A DNA stretch of 64,000 nucleotides from Thermoproteus sp. (GTDB lineage: Archaea; Thermoproteota; Thermoprotei; Thermoproteales; Thermoproteaceae): NCBI GenBank assembly GCA_049976425.1, contig JBMFIG010000003.1:31188-95187 (forward strand), read 5' to 3'. The notes under the pieces were generated by a model. That model had not been told where the DNA came from. It saw nothing but the letters and a program-made list of their open reading frames with translations, and did not search any database. The position numbers were made by a program, and so were the translations under genes. Shown one piece after another: positions 47,603-55,939 of the stretch; the stretch's first letter is position 1, and every line of letters starts with the position of its first letter.

Positions 47603-49032
47603 GCTATCACCTTCAGCTCAGTCATGGCGAGCATGGTGTGGTAGACGCCCTCGCGGCCCACAGCGCTGCGCTTGAAGCCGCCGAAGGGCAAGGCGTCCCA
47701 CCTAAGCCTCGTCGTGTCGTTCACCATTATGGTGCCGGCCTTTATCCTAGACGCGAGCTTGTAGGCCCGCGCGAAGTCCTTCGTGAATATCGCCGCGTCG
47801 AGGCCGTAGTCGGTGGAGTTGGCGACCTCAACCGCCTCCTCGTCGTCCTCGACCACCACGACCGGGAAGACCGGGCCGAAGACCTCCTCCCTCAGAGCCC
47901 TGGCGCCGGAGCGCGCGTCGAGCCTTATCACAGTGGGCGGGAAGTAGAAGCCCCTCTCCGGGGCCTTCAGCTGGACCAATATCTGCCCGCCTCTCGCCAC
48001 CGCGTCTTCGAGGAAGGCCTTCATGGACCTCACGGCGTCTTGGGAGATCAACGGCCCTATGTCGGTCCCCTCGTCGAGAGGATCGCCGACTTTCAGACGG
48101 CGGACCTCCTCCGTTAAGACCTCGGCGAATTTCTGGGCCACCTCCTTTCTGACTATCAGCCTCTTGGTGGCGTTGCAGAACTGGCCGGAGTAGTCGAAGC
48201 GGCCGTACACTGCGGCTTTGGCGGCCTTGGCCAAATCGGCGTCCTCCAGAACTATCATGGCGTCGCTTCCGCCCAGCTCCATGATGAGCCGTTTGCCTCT
48301 CGATATGGCTCTAGGCGCTATCACGCCGAGGCCTGTCCTGTCGGAGCCGGTGAAGGTGATCAGCGCTATCTTGTCGTTTGTGACGAACTCGTCGCCTATC
48401 TTGGCCGGGTCGCCGGTCACCACGTTTATGCTGCCGGGCGGGAAGCCCGCCTCCAGCAGTATGCCCGCCATCTTTATCTGCGTCAGCGGGGCGTTGGGCG
48501 CAGGCTTGTGCACTACCGTGTTCCCCACGGCGAGGGCCGGCGCCACCTTGTGGGCGAAGCTGGCCGCCGGGAAGTTGAACGGAGTTATCGAGGCGACGAC
48601 GCCCACAGGCTCCCTCTTAACTATGGCGATCCTGTTCTCGTTGCCCGCCGGCCATTCGTACATCTCCAGAGGGACGAACTCGCCCGTCAGGGCCCGCCTG
48701 ACCTCGGAAGCCGCCAGCTCGAAGATCTGGGCCGCCCTCTCGACCTCGAGCCTCGCGCTCTTTATGGGTCTGCCTATCTCCAGCGCCATGGTCCTCGCGA
48801 GGTCCTCAAGCCTCTGCCTTATGAGCTCCGCGGCCTTCAAGAGGAGCCTGGCCCTCTTGGCTATGGTGAGGGCTTGTATAGTCTTCAAGGCCTCGTAGGC
48901 CGAGTCTATCGCAGACCTGACGTCGTCTACGGAGAGATTCGGCACGTAGTCCACGGGCTCCCCGGTGGCGGGGTTGATCACGGGGGTCTTCTCGTCTCTG
49001 TCGATCCAGTTGGCCCCTATGGGTACCTTCAT
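47587..49032 (-). CDS. NAD(P)-dependent aldehyde dehydrogenase (candidate sulfolactaldehyde dehydrogenase)
   Basis: ITPFNFP, KPA, FTGS, MELGGSD, GQFC (catalytic Cys), EEVFGP and PFGGFK.S; substrate inferred from context only. Confidence 0.9.
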   Translation of the reverse strand: MKVPIGANWIDRDEKTPVINPATGEPVDYVPNLSVDDVRSAIDSAYEALKTIQALTIAKRARLLLKAAELIRQRLEDLARTMALEIGRPIKSARLEVERAAQIFELAASEVRRALTGEFVPLEMYEWPAGNENRIAIVKREPVGVVASITPFNFPAASFAHKVAPALAVGNTVVHKPAPNAPLTQIKMAGILLEAGFPPGSINVVTGDPAKIGDEFVTNDKIALITFTGSDRTGLGVIAPRAISRGKRLIMELGGSDAMIVLEDADLAKAAKAAVYGRFDYSGQFCNATKRLIVRKEVAQKFAEVLTEEVRRLKVGDPLDEGTDIGPLISQDAVRSMKAFLEDAVARGGQILVQLKAPERGFYFPPTVIRLDARSGARALREEVFGPVFPVVVVEDDEEAVEVANSTDYGLDAAIFTKDFARAYKLASRIKAGTIMVNDTTRLRWDALPFGGFKRSAVGREGVYHTMLAMTELKVIAWRLD

Positions 49033-49138
49033 GGCATCTACCGCGGCGCGGTATTTTAAACTATTCTCTATATATTTTATGTAATTGTATATCGTGGAAA
49101 GCAGAAGAAGTTATATAAAGATAGGGAAAAGCCGGCGT

Positions 49139-49438
49139 ATGTCTTTTAAGTTCGCCATACACCACAAGGCCGACAACGTGGGCGTGGCCGTCGAGGACAT
49201 AAAGGCCGGCGAGCTGGCGGCCGGCGTCTACATAGAGGATAGGTCCCCCGGCCCCTCGGTCAAGGCGCTTGAGGACATACCGCTCGGCCACAAGATAGCG
49301 TTGAGGGACATAGAGGAGGGCGAGGTTGTCGTGAAGTACGGCAGGCCTATAGGTAAGGCCACTAGGAAAATAAGGGCGGGGGAGCACGTCCACGTACACA
49401 ACCTGGTGAGCATAAGGTGGAATTTCGGGAGGCGATGA
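49139..49438 (+). CDS. suyA: SAF-domain small subunit, (R)-sulfolactate sulfo-lyase alpha-like
   Basis: H...DNVGVAV.DI..G, DIP.GHKIAL, KYG..IG, GEHVH.HN..S.RW; coupled to suyB. Confidence 0.8.
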   Translation: MSFKFAIHHKADNVGVAVEDIKAGELAAGVYIEDRSPGPSVKALEDIPLGHKIALRDIEEGEVVVKYGRPIGKATRKIRAGEHVHVHNLVSIRWNFGRR

Positions 49439-50592
49439 GGAGCTTCAAGGGCTACATAAGGGAGGACGGGCGCGTCGGCGTGAGGAACCACGTCGTTGCC
49501 ATACCGGTGGACGATTTGAGCAACACGGCGGTCCTCGGCATAGCAAAGCTCGTCCGAGGCGTCGTCCCCATACCCCACCCCTACGGCAGGCTCCAGTTCG
49601 GCCGCGATCTACAGCTCCTCTTCCACATACTGGTCGGCACCGGCTCGAACCCCAACGTCGCCGCGGCCATAGTCGTGGGCATAGACGAGTCTTGGTCCAA
49701 CAAGGTGGCCGACATGATAGCGAGGACCGGCAAGCCCGTCGAGGCCATATCCATAGAGGGGCGCGGAGATCTGAAGGCCATAGAGGCGGCGTCCCGCAAG
49801 GCCGTCAAGCTGGTCCAAGAGGCGAGCGAGAGGCAGAGGACCGAGGTCGACGTCTCGGCCTTGACCGCCTCGATAAAATGCGGAGAGTCCGACACGACCT
49901 CCGGCCTTGCGTCGAACCCCGCCTTGGGCGCCGCCGTGGATAGGCTTATCGACATGGGGGCGACGGTGATGTTCGGCGAGACCTCGGAGCTGACAGGCGC
50001 CGAGGATATAGTCGCGTCGCGGATACCCGACCCGGCTCTGCGCGAGAAGTTCTACAAGATCTACAGGGAGTACGTCTCGGTGATAGAAGCGGAGGGCGCC
50101 GAGATGCTGGGCTCCCAACCGACCGAGGGCAATATAAAGGGAGGGATCTCGACCATAGAGGAGAAGGCGCTGGGAAACATACAGAAGCTGGGGACCAAGC
50201 CCATAACCTGCGTCCTCGACTACCTCGACCCGTTGCCGCCCGGCAAGGGAAGGCTCTGCTTCGTCAACACTTCGTCGGCCGCGGCCGAGTTCATAACGCT
50301 CGTCGCCGCCAAGGGGTCGGTCCTCCACTTCTTCACGACGGGCCAGGGGAACGTCGTGGGCCACCCCATAGTGCCCGTCATAAAGATCACGGCAAATCCC
50401 AAGACCGCCGCGGCGATGTCGGAGCACATAGACGTGGATGTCTCCGACCTCCTACGTCTCAAGATCAGCGTCGCGGAGGCCGGCGAGAGGATACTGGAGT
50501 ACGCGTTCAGGGTGATGAACGGCAGACTGACGGCGGCGGAGGTGCTACAACACGACGAGTTCTCCCCGATAAAGCTCTACATCAGCGCGTAA
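49435..50592 (+). CDS. suyB: UxaA-family large subunit, (R)-sulfolactate sulfo-lyase beta-like
   Basis: GRVGVRNHV..PVDD.SN, PHPYGRLQFG.DL, KCGESDTT.GL, SQPT.GN..GG..TIEEKA.GN, TGQGNVVG.PIVPVIK, KLY.SA C-terminus, which I recall as SuyB-clade rather than altronate/galactarate dehydratase features. Confidence 0.82.
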   Translation: MRSFKGYIREDGRVGVRNHVVAIPVDDLSNTAVLGIAKLVRGVVPIPHPYGRLQFGRDLQLLFHILVGTGSNPNVAAAIVVGIDESWSNKVADMIARTGKPVEAISIEGRGDLKAIEAASRKAVKLVQEASERQRTEVDVSALTASIKCGESDTTSGLASNPALGAAVDRLIDMGATVMFGETSELTGAEDIVASRIPDPALREKFYKIYREYVSVIEAEGAEMLGSQPTEGNIKGGISTIEEKALGNIQKLGTKPITCVLDYLDPLPPGKGRLCFVNTSSAAAEFITLVAAKGSVLHFFTTGQGNVVGHPIVPVIKITANPKTAAAMSEHIDVDVSDLLRLKISVAEAGERILEYAFRVMNGRLTAAEVLQHDEFSPIKLYISA

Positions 50593-51225
50593 CGGCGGCG
50601 AAGTTGTCCCTCAAGAACCTCAACACGTTGGTCTCGTGGAGCTCCATGTAGTACTCGGCGTCGCTCTGGTTCCTCGACGCTATGGCCTCGAAGACCGCCC
50701 TGTGCTCCTCCACCTCTTGGCGCCTCCTCGACGTGTCGAGGAAGACCTGTAGCCGGGCAGGCGTGAGCCTCATCCTTATGTTGGCGAGCCCGTCGCGGAG
50801 GAACTTGTTGCTGGCCCCCTCAGATATGATCTCGTGGAAGGCGCCGCCGAGCGTCATCAGCCTAAGCGGGTCCGGAGAGGCGCCTCTACTGCTCTCGACG
50901 GACATGGCCGAGACTATCTCCTTGAGCTTGTCGAGGACGTGCGAGGGAGCGCGGAGGGCGGCGAGCTTCGCCGAGGTCATCTCGAGGGTATCCTGACCTC
51001 GTACATCTCCAGCACCTCCTCCTTGCTGAGGAGGGCCACGGCGTACGACCTCCCCCTCTTCACTACGAAGCCGTCCCTCTCAAGGCGGGCGAGGGCCTCC
51101 CTTATGGGAGTCCTGCTCATGCCGAGCCAGGCGGAGAGGTGCTCCTCCTTCAACAACCGGCCGGGCGGTAGTCTGCCGTCGAGGATTGCTTCGAGTATAA
51201 GCCTATATGCCTTTTCGTGCAACAT
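50582..51225 (-). pseudogene. GntR/FadR-family regulator split by a 1-nt frameshift
   Basis: wHTH (LPPG..L.E..L...LG.SRTPIREAL..L...G) in 50977-51225 and FCD domain (FH..I...S.N, EH..., H) in 50582-50980; one extra C at the CCC run (50986-50988) restores YEVRIPLEMTSA. Confidence 0.85.
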
Positions 51226-51277
51226 GGCGAATTTAAAAGAGCAACTGGCTTAAAAAGTTTTTTCTAGATTGAAGTAC

Positions 51278-52402
51278 ATGAAAATAACGAGGATTGAGGG
51301 AATTCCGCTGTCGGTGCCGTTGGTGCCGACGGAGCCGAGGCAGATTTGGGCCGATGCCTGGAGCAGACAGGTGTTGGTGAAGGTATGCGCCGACTCCGGC
51401 ATATGCGGCGTCGGGGAGATATTCATGAACACGTCCAGCTACGGCCCCTACCTATCCCTCATCGAGGAGCTGGGGCGCCACGTGTCCGGGCTCCCCGCAG
51501 ATCCCAACGCCGTTGTCGACGTGCTCGAGAGGAGGACCTACTCGATAGGGAGAGGAGGCATCGTGGCGTCGGTCGTAGGGGGCATAGAGGTGGCCGTGTA
51601 CGACCTTGTGGCCAAAAGCCTCGGCGTCCCGTTGCACCGCCTCCTCGGCGGGAAGCGGAGGGATTGGGCCAAGGCCTACGCGAGCTTGGCCCGCTACAAG
51701 ACGTGCGGCGACGCGGAGAAGGTGGTCGAGTACGCCTTGGGCAGAGGCTTCAAGGCCGTGAAGTTGCACCAACACGGAGACGAGGTGGTGGAGTGCGTTG
51801 CCAAGATTAGGGGCGATCTGGGCTACGGCTTCGAGCTGATGGTGGACCTAAACACCACCCTCGGCAGGAGGTCGGCCCTCGGCGTCTTGAAGAGGCTGGA
51901 GAGGTACGAGCTGGCGTGGGTGGAGGAGCCCATATGGCCGCCCGAGGACTACAAGTCCCTCGGCCGTCTGGCGAGGCGGGTCGAGATACCGATAGCGGCG
52001 GGCGAGAACGAGTACACGCTTAGGGGATTCGCCGATCTGGTGGAGGTGGGCGGCGTCTCGGTGCTCCAGCCGGATGCGGCCAAGGTAGGGGGGCTGGGGA
52101 AGATGGTCAAGATAGAGGGGCTGGCCGAGGCGTTGGGGGCGATCGTGGCGCCGCACTCGCGGCCGCACTCGCTCTGGGCCAACATACTCGTCGCCGTGCA
52201 CTTCGTGTCGACGCTCCCCTACGAGTCCGTGGTCGAGATACCGCCGACTCCGCCCGTCCAGGAGCCGCTCGTAGCGGCTGTCGAGTTCAAGGACGGGGCC
52301 ATCAAGGTCCCCGACGTCCCGGGCATAGGGGTTAAGGACGACGGCTGGTTCGGCCTCTACCCGCCCAAGGAAGGCGAGGCCCTGGACTACCACTCGCGGT
52401 AG
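51278..52402 (+). CDS. mandelate racemase/muconate lactonizing (enolase superfamily) enzyme
   Basis: G.GE, A.YD...K..G.PL..LLGG, KAVKLH, D.N, EEP, GENE, QPD....GG, APH, PD.PG.G. Confidence 0.9.
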   Translation: MKITRIEGIPLSVPLVPTEPRQIWADAWSRQVLVKVCADSGICGVGEIFMNTSSYGPYLSLIEELGRHVSGLPADPNAVVDVLERRTYSIGRGGIVASVVGGIEVAVYDLVAKSLGVPLHRLLGGKRRDWAKAYASLARYKTCGDAEKVVEYALGRGFKAVKLHQHGDEVVECVAKIRGDLGYGFELMVDLNTTLGRRSALGVLKRLERYELAWVEEPIWPPEDYKSLGRLARRVEIPIAAGENEYTLRGFADLVEVGGVSVLQPDAAKVGGLGKMVKIEGLAEALGAIVAPHSRPHSLWANILVAVHFVSTLPYESVVEIPPTPPVQEPLVAAVEFKDGAIKVPDVPGIGVKDDGWFGLYPPKEGEALDYHSR

Positions 52403-52444
52403 TGTATACAGAGCACCGTTTTAACTCTCATCGCTAGTAGCTCC

Positions 52445-54427
52445 ATGAGGCCTAAGCCGGGCCAGTCGGTGCCCATAGGCGGCATTGGGGCCGGCTACGT
52501 GGCGTTCGACGCCGATTTGACCATAGACAGAATGGCGCTATTCAACGACTGGTCCAGCCCCATGAGGGTCGTCCGCGGGTTCCACCTGGTCCTACTCGGC
52601 GACGAGCCGGTGTTCCTGCAGGGAAATCCCGGCAGAAACGTCGAGACGCCGCCGCGCTACCGGACGGCTGAGATAGTCGACGTCGACGCGGTGTGGCCCA
52701 AGATAAGGTACTCCTTCGAAGGTCCCATAAAGGAGGTCGAGATCTACACGCCGATAGTGCAACGCGACGTGAGGAATTCCTCGTTGCCGTTGATATACTT
52801 CAAGGTGAAGGGGAGAGGCGCCGTGGCCCTCTCGTTCCCCAACGTCACGGGCAGGAGGTACGGGCGGGCTGCGTTCTCCGTACGTAGAGGGCCTCTCTCG
52901 GGCGTCCTCATGACCAACCTAAGGTCGTCGCAGTCCGACCCAGCCCATGGCGAGATATTCATAGGGTGCGTCGGCTGTGGGACCTACGCCGGCTACTCCC
53001 TCTACGTCCCCGCCGAGACGAGGGGGATGACCGAGGACATCTCGATATTCTACAAGCTGAGGGAGGCGGAGGATCCCGGCCACTACTACATAGAGAAGTA
53101 CGCCAGGGAGGAGATGGCCGGCGTCGTGTGGAAGGAGATCGACGGCGAGGATCTCTTCGTCTTGACTTGGTACGCCAGGGGGAGGCCCTACCACTACCCC
53201 TACGGCCACTATTACGAGAACTGGTTCCCCGACGCAATAAGCATCGCCGAGTACGCCCTCGACAAGAGGCTCGAGCCGCGGCTCGACGTCGAGGCCGAGG
53301 GGTGGCTGAGAGACGCCCTTCTCAACAGCCTCTACGTGCTCTCGGCGACGTCCTGGCTCACCAAGGACGGCAGGTTCGCCCTATACGAGTCCCCGTGGAT
53401 AGCTCCGCTCATGAACACCATAGGGTCCATGACGTGGGACGGGGCCGGCTTCGCCTTGCTGGAGCTGTTCCCCGATCTGGTGGTGAGGGCCGACAAGATG
53501 TTCGCGACGTATAGGAGAGGCGGCGAGATACCCCACGACTACGGCGAGGAGAGCATAGAGGATCCCATATACGGCGCGACGTACCTAACCCCGTGGAAGG
53601 ACCTGGCATCGACTTGGGTCTTGATGATCTACCGCGACTACTACTACACAGGCGACGTGGAGATCTTGAGGAGGAACATAGACGCCATGAAGGACGCCGT
53701 GGATTGGCTCATGTCGCTCGACAGAGACGGCGACTGCGTGCCGGACTCGCGGGGGAGGAACGACAACTCCTACGACGGCTCCAACATGTACGGGAGGGTC
53801 GCCTACGTGGCCTCTCTCTTCCTCTGCGCCTTGACCGCCTACATAAAGGCGGCCGAGAGGCTGGGCCTCAAGCCGGAGCCTAAATACCTCGAATGTCTCG
53901 AGAGGGGCAAGCGGTCACTCGACGAGCTGTGGAACGGCAGGTACTACGTGGCCTGGGCCGACGGGCCCAGACGCAAGGACGCCTGCATGAGCTCCCAACT
54001 CCTCGGCCAGTTCTGGTGCGACATGCTGGACCTCCCGCCCATAGCGCCCGACGACAAGGTGGCGGCGGCTTTGAGGTCCATATACGAGCTCGGCATGAGG
54101 GCCTCTAGGTACTGCATACCCAACTCGGTGACCCCCGACGGCAAGCCCGACGAGGAGACGCCCCAGCTCCGCTCTTGCTGGACCAGGGTGAACTTCGCCG
54201 TGGCCGCCCACATGTTGTTGAGAGGCATGGAGAGGGAGGGGATGGAGGTGGCGTCGAGGGAGTGGAGGACGATAGCGGAGCTGGACCCCTGGAACATAAA
54301 CTCCCGTATAGACGCCGTCGAGGGGAAGAACGTGGGGCTCCAGTACTACATAAGTAGCCCCACGGTCTGGCTTGTCTATTTGGCCGAGAGGAAGAGGAGA
54401 GGTCTTTGGCCTCCCAAAAAGCGTTGA
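52445..54427 (+). CDS. GH116 beta-glycosidase
   Basis: VP.GGIGAG, FND, GRFA.YE.P (nucleophile Glu), PHD.G, WKDL, D.DGD..P....DNSYD (acid/base Asp), LWNG.YY, QL.GQ. Confidence 0.88.
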   Translation: MRPKPGQSVPIGGIGAGYVAFDADLTIDRMALFNDWSSPMRVVRGFHLVLLGDEPVFLQGNPGRNVETPPRYRTAEIVDVDAVWPKIRYSFEGPIKEVEIYTPIVQRDVRNSSLPLIYFKVKGRGAVALSFPNVTGRRYGRAAFSVRRGPLSGVLMTNLRSSQSDPAHGEIFIGCVGCGTYAGYSLYVPAETRGMTEDISIFYKLREAEDPGHYYIEKYAREEMAGVVWKEIDGEDLFVLTWYARGRPYHYPYGHYYENWFPDAISIAEYALDKRLEPRLDVEAEGWLRDALLNSLYVLSATSWLTKDGRFALYESPWIAPLMNTIGSMTWDGAGFALLELFPDLVVRADKMFATYRRGGEIPHDYGEESIEDPIYGATYLTPWKDLASTWVLMIYRDYYYTGDVEILRRNIDAMKDAVDWLMSLDRDGDCVPDSRGRNDNSYDGSNMYGRVAYVASLFLCALTAYIKAAERLGLKPEPKYLECLERGKRSLDELWNGRYYVAWADGPRRKDACMSSQLLGQFWCDMLDLPPIAPDDKVAAALRSIYELGMRASRYCIPNSVTPDGKPDEETPQLRSCWTRVNFAVAAHMLLRGMEREGMEVASREWRTIAELDPWNINSRIDAVEGKNVGLQYYISSPTVWLVYLAERKRRGLWPPKKR

Positions 54428-54454
54428 TGTTTTACCGCGCGGAGGGCCGCCTCC

Positions 54455-54568
54455 TTATGCGCGCCCCCAGGATACCAGCAAGTTCCATAGGGTCCTGGCG
54501 GCCCTCTCTCTGCACTTGGCCCGCTCCTTCGCGTCCGGTATGCCTTCGCATATCTCATCGACGAACAT
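54455..54568 (-). other. promoter-linked 37-aa ORF, probably a 5' gene remnant
   Basis: TTTTTATAG about 25 nt upstream of ATG; MFVDEICEGIPDAKERAKCRERAARTLWNLLVSWGRA. Confidence 0.35.
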
Positions 54569-54749
54569 CGATCCGCTTATTGATGCGGCTATAAAAACCT
54601 TTTGCTTAAGCACAAAGGGGATTTTATGTAAATACAAGCTATATTATTTTTGTTTAAAGAGTCTTGATATATAGGGAAATAAGGCTATGCTGATATAATA
54701 GTAAAGCATTGAGAGAGATCAAGTATTGTCGGCTTTACCTCAGCTACAC

Positions 54750-55859
54750 TCACGTTAAACTCCAGAGGAGTTGTCCGCCCACGAGCGACGCGGCGGGCTT
54801 GAAGCCTCTGTCGAACACCGCTATGTCGGCGGCGCATCCCGGCCTTAGACAGCCCAGATCGCCCCTCCCGACGGATCTGGCGGGCGTTATCGTCGCGGCG
54901 GCCAACGCGCGCCTGGGGTCGACGCCCAGGCTTATCAAGTTCCTCACGGCTTGGTCCAACGTGATGACGCTGCCGGCGATCGTGCCGTCTTCGAGAAACG
55001 CCCTCGATCCCTCGACGTGGACCTCGACGCCGCCCAGCCTATATACGCCGTCGCCGAGGCCCGCCGCGGCTATTGAGTCCGTCACCGCCACGGCGCGGTG
55101 TCCCGCCGCCTCGACCACAGCCCGCACGACCTCCGGCGCCAGGTGGACGAAATCCGCTATGAACTCGACGTAGACGTGCTCCGACTCGAGGAGGGCCAGC
55201 GCGGGCCCCGGCTCCCTGTGGTGGAACCCCCTCATGGCGTTGAATATGTGGGTCGCCCTAGAGGCGCCGGCAACCACGGCGGCTTTCGCAGTCTTGTAGT
55301 CCGCGTCGGTGTGGCCCACGCTGGGCACCACGCCGGCTCTCGCCAGTGCCGATACCAGCTCCAGCCCGCTCTCCAGCTCGGGCGCGACGGTCATTATCCT
55401 CAAGACCCCAGTCGATACGTAGGCCTCCGCCTCTCCCAGATCCGGCTTCTTGATATACCTGGCGTCCTGCGCGCCCCGTCTGGCGGGGTTTATGAAGGGC
55501 CCCTCCATATGTGCGCCCAACACCCTCGCGCCGCCTCCAGCGTAGGCCCTCACGGCCGCTAGCGCCCTCTCCAAGACGGGGCGGGGCGCCGTCACCGCCG
55601 TCGGCGTTATGGACGTGACGCCGTATCTCAAATACGCCTTGGCCAGCTCCCCCAGCCTCTCCGGCGAGGAGGTGAAATCCACGCCGCAACATCCGTGGGT
55701 GTGGGTGTCCACGAGGCCGGGCGCCGCTATGTATCCTCTGAAGTCCAGATCGAAGGGGCCGCCCGAGCCGATCCCGACGACGCGCCCGCCCTCGACAGCC
55801 AGCACAGCGTCGTGGAGCTCCTCGTAGGGGGTGTAGAGGACGTCGAATCTGATCCTCAT
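54750..55859 (-). CDS. nagA: N-acetylglucosamine-6-phosphate deacetylase
   Basis: PG.VDTHTHG, HMEGPFIN..RRGA, TVAPE, GHT, THIFNAM, HHR.PG, D..H, VTD, IAGS, TPA. Confidence 0.93.
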   Translation of the reverse strand: MRIRFDVLYTPYEELHDAVLAVEGGRVVGIGSGGPFDLDFRGYIAAPGLVDTHTHGCCGVDFTSSPERLGELAKAYLRYGVTSITPTAVTAPRPVLERALAAVRAYAGGGARVLGAHMEGPFINPARRGAQDARYIKKPDLGEAEAYVSTGVLRIMTVAPELESGLELVSALARAGVVPSVGHTDADYKTAKAAVVAGASRATHIFNAMRGFHHREPGPALALLESEHVYVEFIADFVHLAPEVVRAVVEAAGHRAVAVTDSIAAAGLGDGVYRLGGVEVHVEGSRAFLEDGTIAGSVITLDQAVRNLISLGVDPRRALAAATITPARSVGRGDLGCLRPGCAADIAVFDRGFKPAASLVGGQLLWSLT

Positions 55860-55939
55860 GATGCGCCGCTGCGAGGGAGCTCCCGCTCACGGCGGCCCTC
55901 TCGGGCCTCTCGCGGGGCGAGGGCTGTACTAAACTCCAT
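55856..55939 (-). pseudogene. 27-aa ORF coupled to both neighbours; scar of an internally deleted gene
   Basis: ATG overlaps the mannosidase TGA (TGATG) and its TGA overlaps the nagA ATG (ATGA): MEFSTALAPREAREGRRERELPRSGAS. Confidence 0.5.
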
